A stretch of DNA of 64,000 nucleotides from an uncultured Gemmatimonadaceae bacterium (GTDB taxonomy: Bacteria > Gemmatimonadota > Gemmatimonadetes > Gemmatimonadales > Gemmatimonadaceae), in NCBI GenBank assembly GCA_963740355.1, contig CAVUDW010000003.1:864001-928000 (forward strand). The letters run 5' to 3'. The notes under the pieces are model-generated. The model saw only the letters and a list, made by a program, of their open reading frames with translations. It was not told where the DNA came from and did not search any database. The stretch's first letter is position 1, and each line of letters starts with the position of its first letter. Shown piece after piece: positions 47,671-60,619 of the stretch. Both the position numbers and the translations under genes were made by a program.

Positions 47671-47802
47671 GATCCGGCGAATCGCAGGTCGCGTCGTGCG
47701 CGGTATCTGCAGAAATTGGTAGCATTGGGATATATCTGTCGAGGCCCACTACCCCGAATGCTACGGATCAATACCGCCGAGCGCGTCCGTAGAAATTCGT
47801 AA

Positions 47803-49902
47803 TCAGTTCGCCCACCCCAGCGAGATCCGTAACTGCCGCGGCTCGACCGGGTGGAAATGCACATCACCAGCGCCACTGCCGGGCTCGCCTTGCAGCCGCG
47901 ACTGGTAGAAGTACTGGATATCCGACGCCCGCGAGTTGAGCACGTTGAGCAGCGTGGCCTGCAGGCGAATCCCTCGAGTCAGCCGCAGGCCGGCATCCGC
48001 ATTCAGCAGCGTGGTGGCCGCCGCACGCGCTGAGTTGTCCTCGATCAATGAGTAAGCGCCGAAGTGCCGCAGGCGCAGGGCGCCAAAGAATCCGCCGCGT
48101 GGCGGGCTCCATGTCACCCCGCCTGCAATGACACTCTCCAGCGCACCGGGAATCCGCGATTCGGCAGTGGGCACACCCGCCAGACGTGCCTTGGCGACCG
48201 ACACATCAGCGTCGATCGAGAGTGACGAGGTGGGACGGTAGAAGTTCGCGAGCGTGACGCCCGTTCGCCGACTCTCGTTGGTTGGCTCGGTTGCCCCTGC
48301 GTCACCCACAAAGAGCAATTCGCTGTCGAGCGTCAGAGTCCATGCTGAGAACGTGCTTCGCAATCCAGTCACCGGCGCCACACGCAGCCCGATTTCGGCA
48401 CCACGCGATCGCACCAGCGGATCAACCCGCGACGCCGCATCGCCCGACGCCGGATCGACCGTGATCGTGGTCCCGCGCGCATCGTTGCTGTGGAAGCCGA
48501 ATCCTCCGCTCAGATAGAACTCGGCACTCGTGCTGGGAGTGAAGATGAACGATGCTTTCGGGCTCACGATCGCTGCCGTCCTCCGACCTGCGTTCACAGC
48601 GCGATCACCATCGACGTCAAACAGGTAGCCATCCGCACGCGCCCCGAGCACACTCCGAAACCACGGCTGCCACTTCGACGCGCTCTCGATGAACAGGCCC
48701 GTGCCGATTTCCCGGACATCGTCCACCCGCACCGTCGCAAAACGCGCCTGCCGCTCCGTCCGATGCAGGCCCACGTCCACGAAATCCGCGCGTGTCTGCA
48801 CTCCCGCCTTTACCAGGTGCGACACGCCGCGAACCACGAACTCCTGCAGGTGTGTCGCCGAGCCGCCTAACACCGTGCGACGGTCCACCTGCTCGAACTG
48901 ATCGCCGCGCTGCGGATCGTCGAGGAAATAGGTGAAGTTGGAGAAGAGATCGAGCGTCGATCGGATGCCGAACGCCTGATACTCCTGCACCGAACGGCTT
49001 CCCACACGCCGGTAGGTCGCGGAGAGGCTGTACCGCTCCGTGTTACCGCCAAGGGTGCTGTCCACCTGTCCGAGACGGCTGATCGCACCATCACTGACAG
49101 CGCGCAACGGAATCTGGTCGCTCGAGTTCCATCGATTGTTGTAGCCAAGTGCGAGGATCGAGAGTTGCGATGCGCCCCGATCCACCGTGTATCGCGCCAT
49201 GCCGCTGAACTTCCGGAGCGCTTCTGGGCGAAGCCACGGGCCGTCGTACGCTTTCGCTTCGCCACCGAACAGCAGGTCGCCAGTGCCAACTTTGGTGGAG
49301 GCACCGAGCACCGCTCGACCGAGGCCATTCGCACCGAATTCGGTGGACGCAATCGGCTGGTCGAACCGTTTCGCAAGAAAGAACTCCGCGCCGCCAGCGC
49401 TGCCGAAGTCGCCCAGTTCGGCGTGCGACACGCCCAGCTTGTAGTCGAGCGCGCGCACGAACTCCGGAATGAGGAAATTCAGGTCGGTGTAGCCCTGGCC
49501 ATGCGCGTGTGTGGGCTGGTTGACCGGCATGCCGTCAACCTTGGTCTGGAAGTCCGTGCCGTGATCGAGGTTGAAACCGCGCACGAAATACTGGTTCGCC
49601 TTGCCTTCACCGGAATGCTGCGTGACGATCACGCCCGGCACCGTCTCCAGCAGCTCACCTTCGCGGGAGAGGGGTCGCGCCTTCAGCTCGATCGAACCGA
49701 CATGTCCTTCGGAGGCGCTGCGAGCCGTGCCGATCAGGTTCGCGATCCGGCCGGAGACGCGCACCGTGTCGAGCCGCGAGCCCCCGCTGTCGGGTTGCGT
49801 GCGCCGGGCTGGCGTCTGCGCCAGCAGGAACGGTGGGAGCAACGCCAGTGCCGCAAGCGCGGAGAGCGCTGGGAATCGGGCGGAATGGAGAGCGTTCGAC
49901 AT
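47803..49902 (-). CDS. TonB-dependent outer membrane receptor
   Basis: Signal peptide, LDTVRVSG TonB box, plug QHSGEGKANQYFVRGFNLDHGTDF, LLNVLN...EPRQLRISLGW. Confidence 0.9.
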   Translation of the reverse strand: MSNALHSARFPALSALAALALLPPFLLAQTPARRTQPDSGGSRLDTVRVSGRIANLIGTARSASEGHVGSIELKARPLSREGELLETVPGVIVTQHSGEGKANQYFVRGFNLDHGTDFQTKVDGMPVNQPTHAHGQGYTDLNFLIPEFVRALDYKLGVSHAELGDFGSAGGAEFFLAKRFDQPIASTEFGANGLGRAVLGASTKVGTGDLLFGGEAKAYDGPWLRPEALRKFSGMARYTVDRGASQLSILALGYNNRWNSSDQIPLRAVSDGAISRLGQVDSTLGGNTERYSLSATYRRVGSRSVQEYQAFGIRSTLDLFSNFTYFLDDPQRGDQFEQVDRRTVLGGSATHLQEFVVRGVSHLVKAGVQTRADFVDVGLHRTERQARFATVRVDDVREIGTGLFIESASKWQPWFRSVLGARADGYLFDVDGDRAVNAGRRTAAIVSPKASFIFTPSTSAEFYLSGGFGFHSNDARGTTITVDPASGDAASRVDPLVRSRGAEIGLRVAPVTGLRSTFSAWTLTLDSELLFVGDAGATEPTNESRRTGVTLANFYRPTSSLSIDADVSVAKARLAGVPTAESRIPGALESVIAGGVTWSPPRGGFFGALRLRHFGAYSLIEDNSARAAATTLLNADAGLRLTRGIRLQATLLNVLNSRASDIQYFYQSRLQGEPGSGAGDVHFHPVEPRQLRISLGWAN

Positions 49903-50062
49903 GCAACGGCACCGGCGCAGGGAGGCAGTAGCGGACCGCCAGCTACGCTCGTGGGGTGCCAAATGGATTGATAACCGCGACTTTTCACCGGCAGGCGGAA
50001 CGGTTTCCGGCCTATCTGGCTAACTGTCCCGCCACGCCCCGATTTCCTCCCTGCGCCGCGCC

Positions 50063-52342
50063 ATGCTCGTCGTCCGCACGAATTCCGTATCTCAACTCCG
50101 AATCCGCCTCCGTCGTTTCGTCGGGTTTGCCAGCGCGATGTGTCTCGGGCTCGCGGGCCGTGCAGCGATGGCCGACGCGCAGCAGCCACCGCGGGACCTG
50201 AGTCCGCACAGCGACGCGATCCTGGTGTCAGACGTCGCGTCGGTGCAGCCTGGTGCGAAGGTCAGCATCGCGGTGCGATTGACGCTCGATCCAGGGTGGC
50301 ATACCTACTGGATCAACCCGGGCGACGCCGGCCTGCCGTTGAAGGTGAAGTGGACGCTACCCGCCGGCGTCACCGCGGGGCCACTCGAGTTTCCGACGCC
50401 GCGTCTGACGCCACAGGCGCCGCTGATGAGTTACGGCTACGAAAATGAAGTGTTCGTGCTCACCGAGTTGCAGGTGCCTGCATCTGCGGCCATCGGCAGC
50501 ACGCTGACGATCAGCGGCAAGGGCGACTGGCTTGCCTGCGCCGATATCTGCCTTCCGGCCACGGGCACCTTCACGCTCGACGTTCCGATCGCAGCGGCCG
50601 CTGGACCTGCGACCAAGTGGACCGACGCGATCGCCACCACGCGCCGTTCCATTCCTGCCGTTGCCAGCAACTGGCAGGCAAAGAGCTGGACGACACCGAC
50701 CGGCTACGTCCTTGCCGTCATCGGCAACGCGGACCTGCCGTCAATCGTCGAGCCCTACTTCTTCGTCGACTCAGCCAACGTCATCGAGCACGCCAACGCA
50801 CAAACCTTTGCGCGTGCCGGCGATACGCTCGTCTTCGGCCTCCCGCGTGGCGCGCAGTCGGTTGGCTCGGCAGCGTGGCTACGCGGCATCGTGACGGGTG
50901 ATGTGCAGGCGAGGACAACACGTGGTTGGGTGATTTCGGCACCGGTAAGCACTGACGTACCGAAGGCGTTGCGCACACGTGCCATGGCGCTTCTGGCCGA
51001 TACATCCGCGCGACAGGTTGGCGGCGTCACGAGTTCGCCTGCCATCACGGACGCATCAGCGATTCCCGACCCCAGCGCCGACATGACCTTCGTCGCCGCC
51101 ATCGCGTTCGCGTTCATCGGTGGCTTGCTGCTCAACCTCATGCCCTGCGTCTTCCCTGTCTTGTCGGTGAAGGTGCTGGCGTTGCTCGAACATGGAGGAA
51201 CCCGCGACGCCGCCCGCGGCCGCAAGCATGGTCTTGCGTTCGGCGCTGGTGTGCTGCTCTCGTTCTGGCTGCTCGCCGGTCTGCTGATGGCATTGCGCGC
51301 CGGCGGCGAAAGTCTCGGCTGGGGGTTTCAGTTGCAGTCACCACCGGTTGTGGCCACCCTCGCTCTCCTGATGTTCGCCCTTGGCCTGAATCTCAGCGGC
51401 GTGTTCGAGATTGGACTCACGCTGACACGACTGGGCGGTGCCGGCGCCGGTGGTGGCTATAGCGACTCGCTGCTGACCGGTGTGCTCGCTGTGCTCGTGG
51501 CCGCCCCCTGCACCGCGCCGTTCATGGGCGCAGCCCTCGGCTTTGCACTGGTGCAGCCTGCCGTGGTCGGCCTCCTGGTCTTCACGGCGCTCGGACTCGG
51601 CCTCGCCCTGCCATTCGTCGTGCTCGCGTCAATGCCGCAGCTGCTGCGCTTTCTCCCACGCCCCGGCCCGTGGCTCGAGACGCTGAAACAGTTCTTCGCC
51701 TTCCCGCTATACGCGACGGTCGTCTGGTTGCTCTGGGTCTTTGGGCAGCAGACCGGTATTGATGCGCTCGCGATCGTCCTGCTGGCGATGATACTGCTGG
51801 CGCTCGGCGCCTGGCTCTGGGGTCGCGGTGTGCGATCGGATCGGCGCGGCACACGCGTCGTCGCAGCGGCTGTGATGCTCGGCGCTGTTGCGATCAGCAT
51901 CGTCAGCAGCAGTCGGGCAGAAGCAGTGAGCAGTGACGCATCCACACGGACGATTGCGGCTGGCGTTGGCGGATGGGAACCCTATTCGCCACAGCGTGTC
52001 AGCGAACTTCGCGCGGAAGGGCGACCGATCTTCGTTGATTTCACAGCGGCGTGGTGTCTCTCGTGCCAGGTGAATGAACGCGTCGCGCTCCGCACCGACG
52101 CCGTCGGCGATGCGTTCACCCGCGCCAACGTGGCACTGCTGCGCGCCGACTGGACCTCGCGCGATTCCGTGATCACCAACGTACTGGCCAGCTTCGGCCG
52201 CAGTGGCGTCCCGCTCTATGTGCTCTATCCCGCTGGCACAGGCGGAAAGGCGACGATCCTGCCCGCCGTGCTGACACCGGGCATGGTCGTGGACGCCGTG
52301 CGAAAGGCGGCGCCCACGACCGTCGTTTCAGGCGTCCGCTGA
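50063..52342 (+). CDS. dsbD: Thiol:disulfide interchange protein, DsbD/ScsB-like
   Basis: WHTYWINPGDAG, CADIC, MPCVFPVLS, APCTAPFMG, thioredoxin FTAAWCLSC. Start uncertain. Confidence 0.88.
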   Translation: MLVVRTNSVSQLRIRLRRFVGFASAMCLGLAGRAAMADAQQPPRDLSPHSDAILVSDVASVQPGAKVSIAVRLTLDPGWHTYWINPGDAGLPLKVKWTLPAGVTAGPLEFPTPRLTPQAPLMSYGYENEVFVLTELQVPASAAIGSTLTISGKGDWLACADICLPATGTFTLDVPIAAAAGPATKWTDAIATTRRSIPAVASNWQAKSWTTPTGYVLAVIGNADLPSIVEPYFFVDSANVIEHANAQTFARAGDTLVFGLPRGAQSVGSAAWLRGIVTGDVQARTTRGWVISAPVSTDVPKALRTRAMALLADTSARQVGGVTSSPAITDASAIPDPSADMTFVAAIAFAFIGGLLLNLMPCVFPVLSVKVLALLEHGGTRDAARGRKHGLAFGAGVLLSFWLLAGLLMALRAGGESLGWGFQLQSPPVVATLALLMFALGLNLSGVFEIGLTLTRLGGAGAGGGYSDSLLTGVLAVLVAAPCTAPFMGAALGFALVQPAVVGLLVFTALGLGLALPFVVLASMPQLLRFLPRPGPWLETLKQFFAFPLYATVVWLLWVFGQQTGIDALAIVLLAMILLALGAWLWGRGVRSDRRGTRVVAAAVMLGAVAISIVSSSRAEAVSSDASTRTIAAGVGGWEPYSPQRVSELRAEGRPIFVDFTAAWCLSCQVNERVALRTDAVGDAFTRANVALLRADWTSRDSVITNVLASFGRSGVPLYVLYPAGTGGKATILPAVLTPGMVVDAVRKAAPTTVVSGVR

Positions 52343-52849
52343 GGGGCCGTAGGAACCAGGCAACTTGATCTCCAACAGGCGCAGGTACACGCCCAACTGC
52401 GCGCGATGATGCACGAGATGGTTGATCGCCATCTTGCGAAGCAGGACACGTCGCAAGCCGGAGAGCGCCACCTGGCCACCCATCGTCATCTGCCAGGTGG
52501 CATTGAGCTTGTCCCAGTCGAGCGTGTCGAGTGCGGCGTGCAGCTTGGCGCACTCACCGTCGAACAGCGCGAGCACTGCGTCGGTGTCTACCAGTCGCTG
52601 CGGCACCCACGCGGCCCGGTCGAACTCGAGCGAATCGACACTGATGATTACGGTGCCCAGCGCCGGGAGTCCCGCGATGTGCGACGTCAACGTGCCTAGT
52701 GTCATCGACTTCGGATGCGGCGCCCAGTCGAACTGGTCGCCGGGCGCCAGCGAGAGGAGCGCGCGAGTAATCGCCAGTTCGTCCGCCAGCTCCGGAAACA
52801 GCAACGCGACGGGACTTTCGCTGGCGACGGCATCAACGGACATCAGCAT
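52328..52849 (-). CDS. DinB family protein
   Basis: WAPHPKSMTLGTLTSHIA, NHLVHHRAQLGVYLRLL...PGSYGPSAD; GGAG RBS. Confidence 0.88.
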   Translation of the reverse strand: MLMSVDAVASESPVALLFPELADELAITRALLSLAPGDQFDWAPHPKSMTLGTLTSHIAGLPALGTVIISVDSLEFDRAAWVPQRLVDTDAVLALFDGECAKLHAALDTLDWDKLNATWQMTMGGQVALSGLRRVLLRKMAINHLVHHRAQLGVYLRLLEIKLPGSYGPSADA

Positions 52850-52938
52850 CTCCTGATTGCAGCGCGGGGTGGGGTGGTCTGTGATGCGGCAAACGTGGCC
52901 GCTGATCATCGCCCCCGCAAGCACGGCGCGCCGTTGTA

Positions 52939-53727
52939 TCAGCGATGTGTCCAGACGTGCAGCGTGGAGTTGTGCAGGTCGTCCACCGTGATCGTCTGTC
53001 CGGGCGGTTCTGCCTTCACCGCGAAGGTGTTGCTGATGAAGACCGTGCCCGGTCGCATCTCGCGCTGGACCTTCTCCCAGAGCGCCGCCATCGGCACCGG
53101 TGAGAGGTAGGCGAACACCACGTCGTACGACGCGAGGTCGCAGTTCCAGAGACTGCCGAAGTGCGCGTGACAATTCCGATGTCCCCCGAGCGTCACCCGC
53201 ACCCAGCTCACCAGCCACGGGAAGGGCGCGGACTCGATGCCGTGGTATTGCCCCTCGGGCCGCGCGGCCGCGAGGTCGAGCAGCACGCCGCCCACGCCGG
53301 ACCCGACGTCCATGAACGTGAACTGCCCAGTCGGAAGGAGCGGTACCAGCGCCGCGCGGACTCTTCGGCTCGACAGGTAGAGCGGGACCTGCGTTCGGAA
53401 GGTTGACCAGTAGACCGCCACCAACAACAGGAAGAGGCCAAACCAGACCCATGAGGGGAGCTGGGCCGACGCCGCGAAGACCACTGCGGGCGTGAAAAGC
53501 AGCTGCATGACCTGCCACCACGACTCGAGGCCGGCCAATCGGCTCAGGCCGGCGGCGAACAGCCCGGTCACGAGGGCGGCCACCATCGGCTTGAGCACGA
53601 GGCCGCTCGGTGCCAGCACGTAGGCCGTGCCCACAGCGAGTGCCGCTCCGGCCGTCTGCAGGACGAGCGCGATGGCTATCGGGGGCCACCGGCGTTGGCG
53701 AGCGGGAGCGAGCAGGGGGTCTGGCAT
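52939..53727 (-). CDS. Class I SAM-dependent methyltransferase with N-terminal membrane segments
   Basis: About four TMs, then VPLYLSS, MDVGSGVGG, YDVVFAYLSP, FISNTF. Confidence 0.8.
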   Translation of the reverse strand: MPDPLLAPARQRRWPPIAIALVLQTAGAALAVGTAYVLAPSGLVLKPMVAALVTGLFAAGLSRLAGLESWWQVMQLLFTPAVVFAASAQLPSWVWFGLFLLLVAVYWSTFRTQVPLYLSSRRVRAALVPLLPTGQFTFMDVGSGVGGVLLDLAAARPEGQYHGIESAPFPWLVSWVRVTLGGHRNCHAHFGSLWNCDLASYDVVFAYLSPVPMAALWEKVQREMRPGTVFISNTFAVKAEPPGQTITVDDLHNSTLHVWTHR

Positions 53728-53890
53728 GGGGCAAATCAGACCTGCTCAGCCTCGAACCGCCAGCGCCGACACTTCTGCAGGTTCCGCGGACGCTTTTGCT
53801 CCCGTCCCCTATCGATCGCCTGCAACGTGGGCCCGCCCCGCCGCGTAGGAGCTGAATCGTCGATGCACGCTCCCCTCGTGTCCCAGTCCT

Positions 53891-56392
53891 GTGTCGCTGT
53901 TTCGCACCTGCCTGACCCTCGCCGCCTTCGCGCTGCCTGTGGCCGCGCGCGCCTCCGACCCGCGCGACGCCGTCAGCACCGCGCAAGCCGTGCGTATCGA
54001 ACGTGCTCCCGTGCTCGACGGTCGTGATGACGAGCCGGTCTGGCAGACCGCGCCACTGATCGAGGGATTCCGGCAGTTCGCGCCGGCGGAGGACGCACCA
54101 ACCGCGTTCAGGACGACGACACGTGTGGTCTACGACGAAAAGAACATCTACGTCTTCGTCCGGGCCTACGATCCCCATCCCGACTCGATCGTGAGCCTGT
54201 TGTCACGACGCGATGTGCGAACGAATTCCGACCAGATCAAGATCCTCTTCGACAGCTATCACGATCGCCGCACCGGCATCGAGCTGATGATCAATCCGGC
54301 CGGCGTGCAGCGCGACGCGATGATCCACTCGGACGTCGTCGAGGACATGTCGTGGGATGGTATCTGGGCCGTCGAGACGCGCATCGATTCGCTCGGCTGG
54401 ACGGCGGAGTTCCGCGTGCCATTCAGCCAGCTGCGCTTCAACAAGGCGGACGAGCACACCTTCGGGTTCGGCGTCTGGCGCGACATCGCGCGACGGAGTC
54501 AGCGTGACTCGTGGCCCGTGTATCGCGGTTCGCGGCCAACGCTGGTTTCGCAACTCGGTTCCTTGTCAGGGTTCCGGGGGATCGGCGGTGGCGCCCGCAT
54601 GGAGCTGCTGCCGTACACCGTTACCAAGAACGTCACGCGACAGACGGCCAGCGGATGGAATCATCCACAACAGATCACGGCCGGCGCGGACCTGAAAGTC
54701 GGACTGGGGTCCGCCCTCACGGTGAGTGCGACCGTGAATCCCGATTTCGGCCAGGTCGAGGCGGATCCGGCGCTGCTCAACCTCAGTGCGTTTGAAGTCC
54801 GCTTCGAGGAACGTCGTCCCTTCTTCCTCGAGGGCAACAATCTCTTTCGCTGCAGCGGGCCCTGCGAAGGGCTGTTCTACACGCGCCGGATTGGGCGCAG
54901 CCCTCAGTTGCGGAGTTCGGCCGCTGATCCGGCATTCACCACCATCCTCGGGGCGGCCAAGGTCACCGGCCGGATCGGGCGCGGTGTCTCACTCGGCATC
55001 TCCGAGGCACTCACCCGCCGCGAGGTCGGCGTGAGTGGCAACACCATCGAGCCGCAGACGAACTACCTCGTGGTGCGGCTGGTGAAGGAGATGCGCGAGG
55101 GGCGATCGCAGTTCGGCATCATGCTCACTGACATGCGCCGCAACCTCGACTCCGTCACCACGCCGCTGCTCCGCCGCGATGCGTCGGTGTTCCTCGCGCA
55201 GGGGTTCCATCGTTTCAATCGCGATCGATACGAGATCTCCGGCTACACCGGTCGCATCGGCGTCAACGGCAGCGCGCAGGCGATCGCGCTCACACAGCGC
55301 AGCAGCGTGCATCTCTGGCAACGCCCGGGCGGCGAACGCACCTACGACTCGACGCGCACCTCCATGGATGGCGGGGTCGTCGCATTCGGCATGCAGAAGA
55401 TGGCCGGTCGCGTGCGCTGGTCGAGCAACTGGCGCTACGCCGGCACCGGCATGGAAGCGAACGACCTCGGATTCGTGATCTCGATCAACGACATGAGCAT
55501 CCGGAACCAGGTGTCGCTGCAGTCGCTGCGTCCGTCGCGCTACTACCGCCGCTTCTTCGGCTATGTCTCCGACGAGACGCACTGGACCACCGGCGGCACC
55601 CAGAACGGTGCCAGCGCCACGCTCCATGCCAGCGGCGAGCTGCGCAACTTCTGGAGCACGGCGCTCACGCTGACCACGTATGACCTGGGTGGTGCGCGGT
55701 GCATCGCCTGCGCTCGCGGCGGCCCCGCGCTCCGGCAGTCAGCCGAGCGTCTGGCCTCGATCTACCTCGGCGGCGATGCCCGCAAGATCATCGTTCCCAA
55801 CATCACGCTGAGCGGCGGCAAGGGCGACGCTGGCAACTCGAGTAGTCGTGCTATTTCGATCGGCAGCGACCTGCGACTCGCCAGTCGCTACTCGATGTCG
55901 ATCGCGACTTCCTTCGAGGATCGCACCGACGACCAGCAGTGGATCGGCAACTACGGCGCGTTCCGCAGCGACACGACGCACTACACCTTCGCGCGCCTCA
56001 ACCAGAGCACGATCGCCGTGACGGCCCGCGCCAACTGGACGGCCACGCCCCATCTCTCGCTGCAGCTGTACGCGCAGCCGTTCGTGACCAGCGGCGACTT
56101 CGCGAACTGGCGCCAGCTGACGGCACCGTCGGCGAAGGAGTACGGCGCGCGGTATTCGGCCTACGGCGACGGCACGAACCCCACCGGCTTCAACTTCCGC
56201 CAGTTCAACTCGAACGCCGTCCTGCGCTGGGAATACCGCCCCGGCAGCACGCTCTTCTTCGTCTGGCAGCAGGGTCGCTCGAGCAACGACACCAACGGTG
56301 AGTTTCGCGTTGCGCGCGACTACCGCGATCTCTTCCGCGCCCATCCCGACAACACGCTGCTGATCAAGGCATCCTACTGGTTCAACCTCTAA
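53891..56392 (+). CDS. CBM9-like plus DUF5916 outer-membrane protein
   Basis: Signal peptide, PVLDGRDDEPVW, GWTAEFRVPFSQLRF, TVNPDFGQVEAD, FEERRPFFLEG, FYTRRIGR, C-terminal KASYWFNL. Confidence 0.82.
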   Translation: MSLFRTCLTLAAFALPVAARASDPRDAVSTAQAVRIERAPVLDGRDDEPVWQTAPLIEGFRQFAPAEDAPTAFRTTTRVVYDEKNIYVFVRAYDPHPDSIVSLLSRRDVRTNSDQIKILFDSYHDRRTGIELMINPAGVQRDAMIHSDVVEDMSWDGIWAVETRIDSLGWTAEFRVPFSQLRFNKADEHTFGFGVWRDIARRSQRDSWPVYRGSRPTLVSQLGSLSGFRGIGGGARMELLPYTVTKNVTRQTASGWNHPQQITAGADLKVGLGSALTVSATVNPDFGQVEADPALLNLSAFEVRFEERRPFFLEGNNLFRCSGPCEGLFYTRRIGRSPQLRSSAADPAFTTILGAAKVTGRIGRGVSLGISEALTRREVGVSGNTIEPQTNYLVVRLVKEMREGRSQFGIMLTDMRRNLDSVTTPLLRRDASVFLAQGFHRFNRDRYEISGYTGRIGVNGSAQAIALTQRSSVHLWQRPGGERTYDSTRTSMDGGVVAFGMQKMAGRVRWSSNWRYAGTGMEANDLGFVISINDMSIRNQVSLQSLRPSRYYRRFFGYVSDETHWTTGGTQNGASATLHASGELRNFWSTALTLTTYDLGGARCIACARGGPALRQSAERLASIYLGGDARKIIVPNITLSGGKGDAGNSSSRAISIGSDLRLASRYSMSIATSFEDRTDDQQWIGNYGAFRSDTTHYTFARLNQSTIAVTARANWTATPHLSLQLYAQPFVTSGDFANWRQLTAPSAKEYGARYSAYGDGTNPTGFNFRQFNSNAVLRWEYRPGSTLFFVWQQGRSSNDTNGEFRVARDYRDLFRAHPDNTLLIKASYWFNL

Positions 56393-56394
56393 GC

Positions 56395-56438
56395 ACAGCG
56401 AAACGCAGAGCCGCAGGGACACCTCTGCGATTCGCTGT
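56395..56438. terminator. Hairpin between convergent genes
   Basis: ACAGCGAA-A-CGCAGAG ... CTCTGCG-A-TTCGCTGT. Confidence 0.5.
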
Positions 56439-56452
56439 TCGCGATGCTGGAC

Positions 56453-57538
<1,086 letters not shown>

Positions 57539-57679
57539 GGTCGGTTCGGATGAGGGCGGAGTCCGGTCGCGGTCAGGCCTTTCGGGTCGCGCACCGGTAT
57601 CGCTGTCCCCAAGCTGCCCTCCCCCTCGACCTCCCGCCATCGACGGTGGTTGACCTGACGACCCTCCCTGGCTATCTAT

Positions 57680-57699
57680 CTATCCGGATAACCGGATAT
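57680..57699. promoter_or_regulatory. Palindromic operator TATCCGG-ATAA-CCGGATA, candidate SahR site
   Basis: 7-4-7 inverted repeat overlapping ATG 57698; TTGACC -35-like element at 57650-57655. Confidence 0.7.
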
Positions 57700-58633
57700 G
57701 ACTGCACCAAAGCTCTCCATTCACGGTCGACTGACCGAGCTCGCCGACGCCACGCGCTGTCGGCTGCTGCTGGCATTGGAGGCCCACGAGTTGACGGTGG
57801 GCGAGCTCTGCACCGCCCTCGCGCTGCCACAAAGCACCGTCAGCCGGCACCTGCGTATCCTGTCGGACGAAGCCTGGGTTGAGTCGCGCGCTGAAGGGTC
57901 GACGCGGTGGTATCGCATGGCGCCGTCGCTCGATCACGAGGCGCGAGCACTCTGGTCGCTGGTGCGCGAACCGGTGCAGACCACGCTCGCCGCGCAGCAG
58001 GACCTGGCGCGCGTCGAATCGGTGCTCACCGCCCGGCGCTCTCGCAGCGAGGCCTTCATCACCTCGGCCGCCGCTGAATGGGACGCACGTGTCGCCAGCA
58101 TGTTTGGGGCACGCGCCGACCTCGGCGCCGCGCTTGCGCTGCTCGATCCGACGGTGGTCGCCGGTGATCTCGGCTGTGGCACGGGCTCGCTGTCACTCTC
58201 GTTGTCGCGACACGTCGCGCACGTCCATGCCATCGACGGCTCACCCGCGATGCTCGACGCGGCGCGTCAGCGGTTGCAGGGACAGGACAACGTCAGCATC
58301 TCGGAAGGTTCGCTGGAAGCGCTACCACTCGACGATGCCTCACTCGATGTCGCGGTCCTGATGTTGGTGCTGCACCACGTGGCGGAACCGTCACGAGTGC
58401 TGAAGGAAGCGCGGCGCGTGCTGCGTGCTGGTGGTCGATTGTTGATCGCGGACATGTGTGCCCATGAGCGCGAGGAGTATCGCGCGCAGATGGGGCATGT
58501 CTGGCTGGGCTTCGATGAACGCTCGCTTCGCGGGTGGCTGTCGAAGGCGGGGTTCCACACGATGCGCTACGTCGCGCTGCCGGTTGATCCGGCCGCCGTC
58601 GGTCCAGCGCTCTTCACGCTTGTTGCGTCCTGA
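57698..58633 (+). CDS. sahR: ArsR-HTH plus methyltransferase-domain regulator (SahR-type)
   Basis: [10 protein letters not shown]...ELTVGEL...[27 protein letters not shown]; directly upstream of ahcY. Confidence 0.82.
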   Translation: MTAPKLSIHGRLTELADATRCRLLLALEAHELTVGELCTALALPQSTVSRHLRILSDEAWVESRAEGSTRWYRMAPSLDHEARALWSLVREPVQTTLAAQQDLARVESVLTARRSRSEAFITSAAAEWDARVASMFGARADLGAALALLDPTVVAGDLGCGTGSLSLSLSRHVAHVHAIDGSPAMLDAARQRLQGQDNVSISEGSLEALPLDDASLDVAVLMLVLHHVAEPSRVLKEARRVLRAGGRLLIADMCAHEREEYRAQMGHVWLGFDERSLRGWLSKAGFHTMRYVALPVDPAAVGPALFTLVAS

Positions 58634-58655
58634 TTCCACTCTGAGGATTTCCACG

Positions 58656-60140
<1,485 letters not shown>

Positions 60141-60160
60141 CCGTCGCTGTTCATCTGACC

Positions 60161-60200
60161 ACATCGGGCCGGGCTCTCACACGAGAGTCCGGCCCGATGT
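60161..60200 (+). terminator. Long hairpin after ahcY
   Basis: ACATCGGGCCGGGCTCTC-ACAC-GAGAGTCCGGCCCGATGT. Confidence 0.65.
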
Positions 60201-60307
60201 GCAATAGTCCGCGCCAATTCCAATCGCCGCGACGTGGCAGCAACGCATGGCTGTCCTCACGCCGACGCTCGCGGCGACGCTACGCTTACGCCTGTCTGTC
60301 CACACTT

Positions 60308-60489
60308 CCTCACGCGGAGCCGCGGGGGACGCGGAGCCGCGGGGAACAGCACCGGACGCCAGAGGCGGCGGAGGGGTCGACGCCGGGTGAAAAGCAAAAA
60401 CTCTTTTGGTGTGCGCTAGACCGCGCTCTACACACCCCCAAAAAGCAGTTCTCCGCGTTCCTCCGCGGCTCACCGCGCTCTCCGCGAGG
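60308..60489. repeat. Imperfect inverted pair of CGCGGAG-rich arms (REP/MITE-like)
   Basis: Left arm has ACGCGGAGCCGCGGGG twice, then AACAGC; right arm reads GCAGTTCTCCGCGTTCCTCCGCGGCTC...CTCCGCG. Confidence 0.55.
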
Positions 60490-60494
60490 CGCGC

Positions 60495-60596
60495 GCAGCG
60501 CGCCTTCGGTGTTTAGTCCGCATGACACCGACGCCGGAGCAGCGCGCCTTCGGCGATTAGTCTGCATGACACCGACGCCAGAGCAGCCGCCGTCGG
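60495..60596 (+). repeat. 44-bp tandem repeat, about 2.3 copies
   Basis: GCAGCGCGCCTTCGGYGWTTAGTCYGCATGACACCGACGCCRGA at 60495 and 60539, partial at 60583. Confidence 0.85.
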
Positions 60597-60619
60597 TTTT
60601 TCCTCCGAATGAACCGAGA

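Noticed and set aside
52850..54178. 616-aa ORF extending the DinB gene
   Set aside because: The extension overlaps the methyltransferase in another frame; DinB has its own RBS and ATG at 52849.
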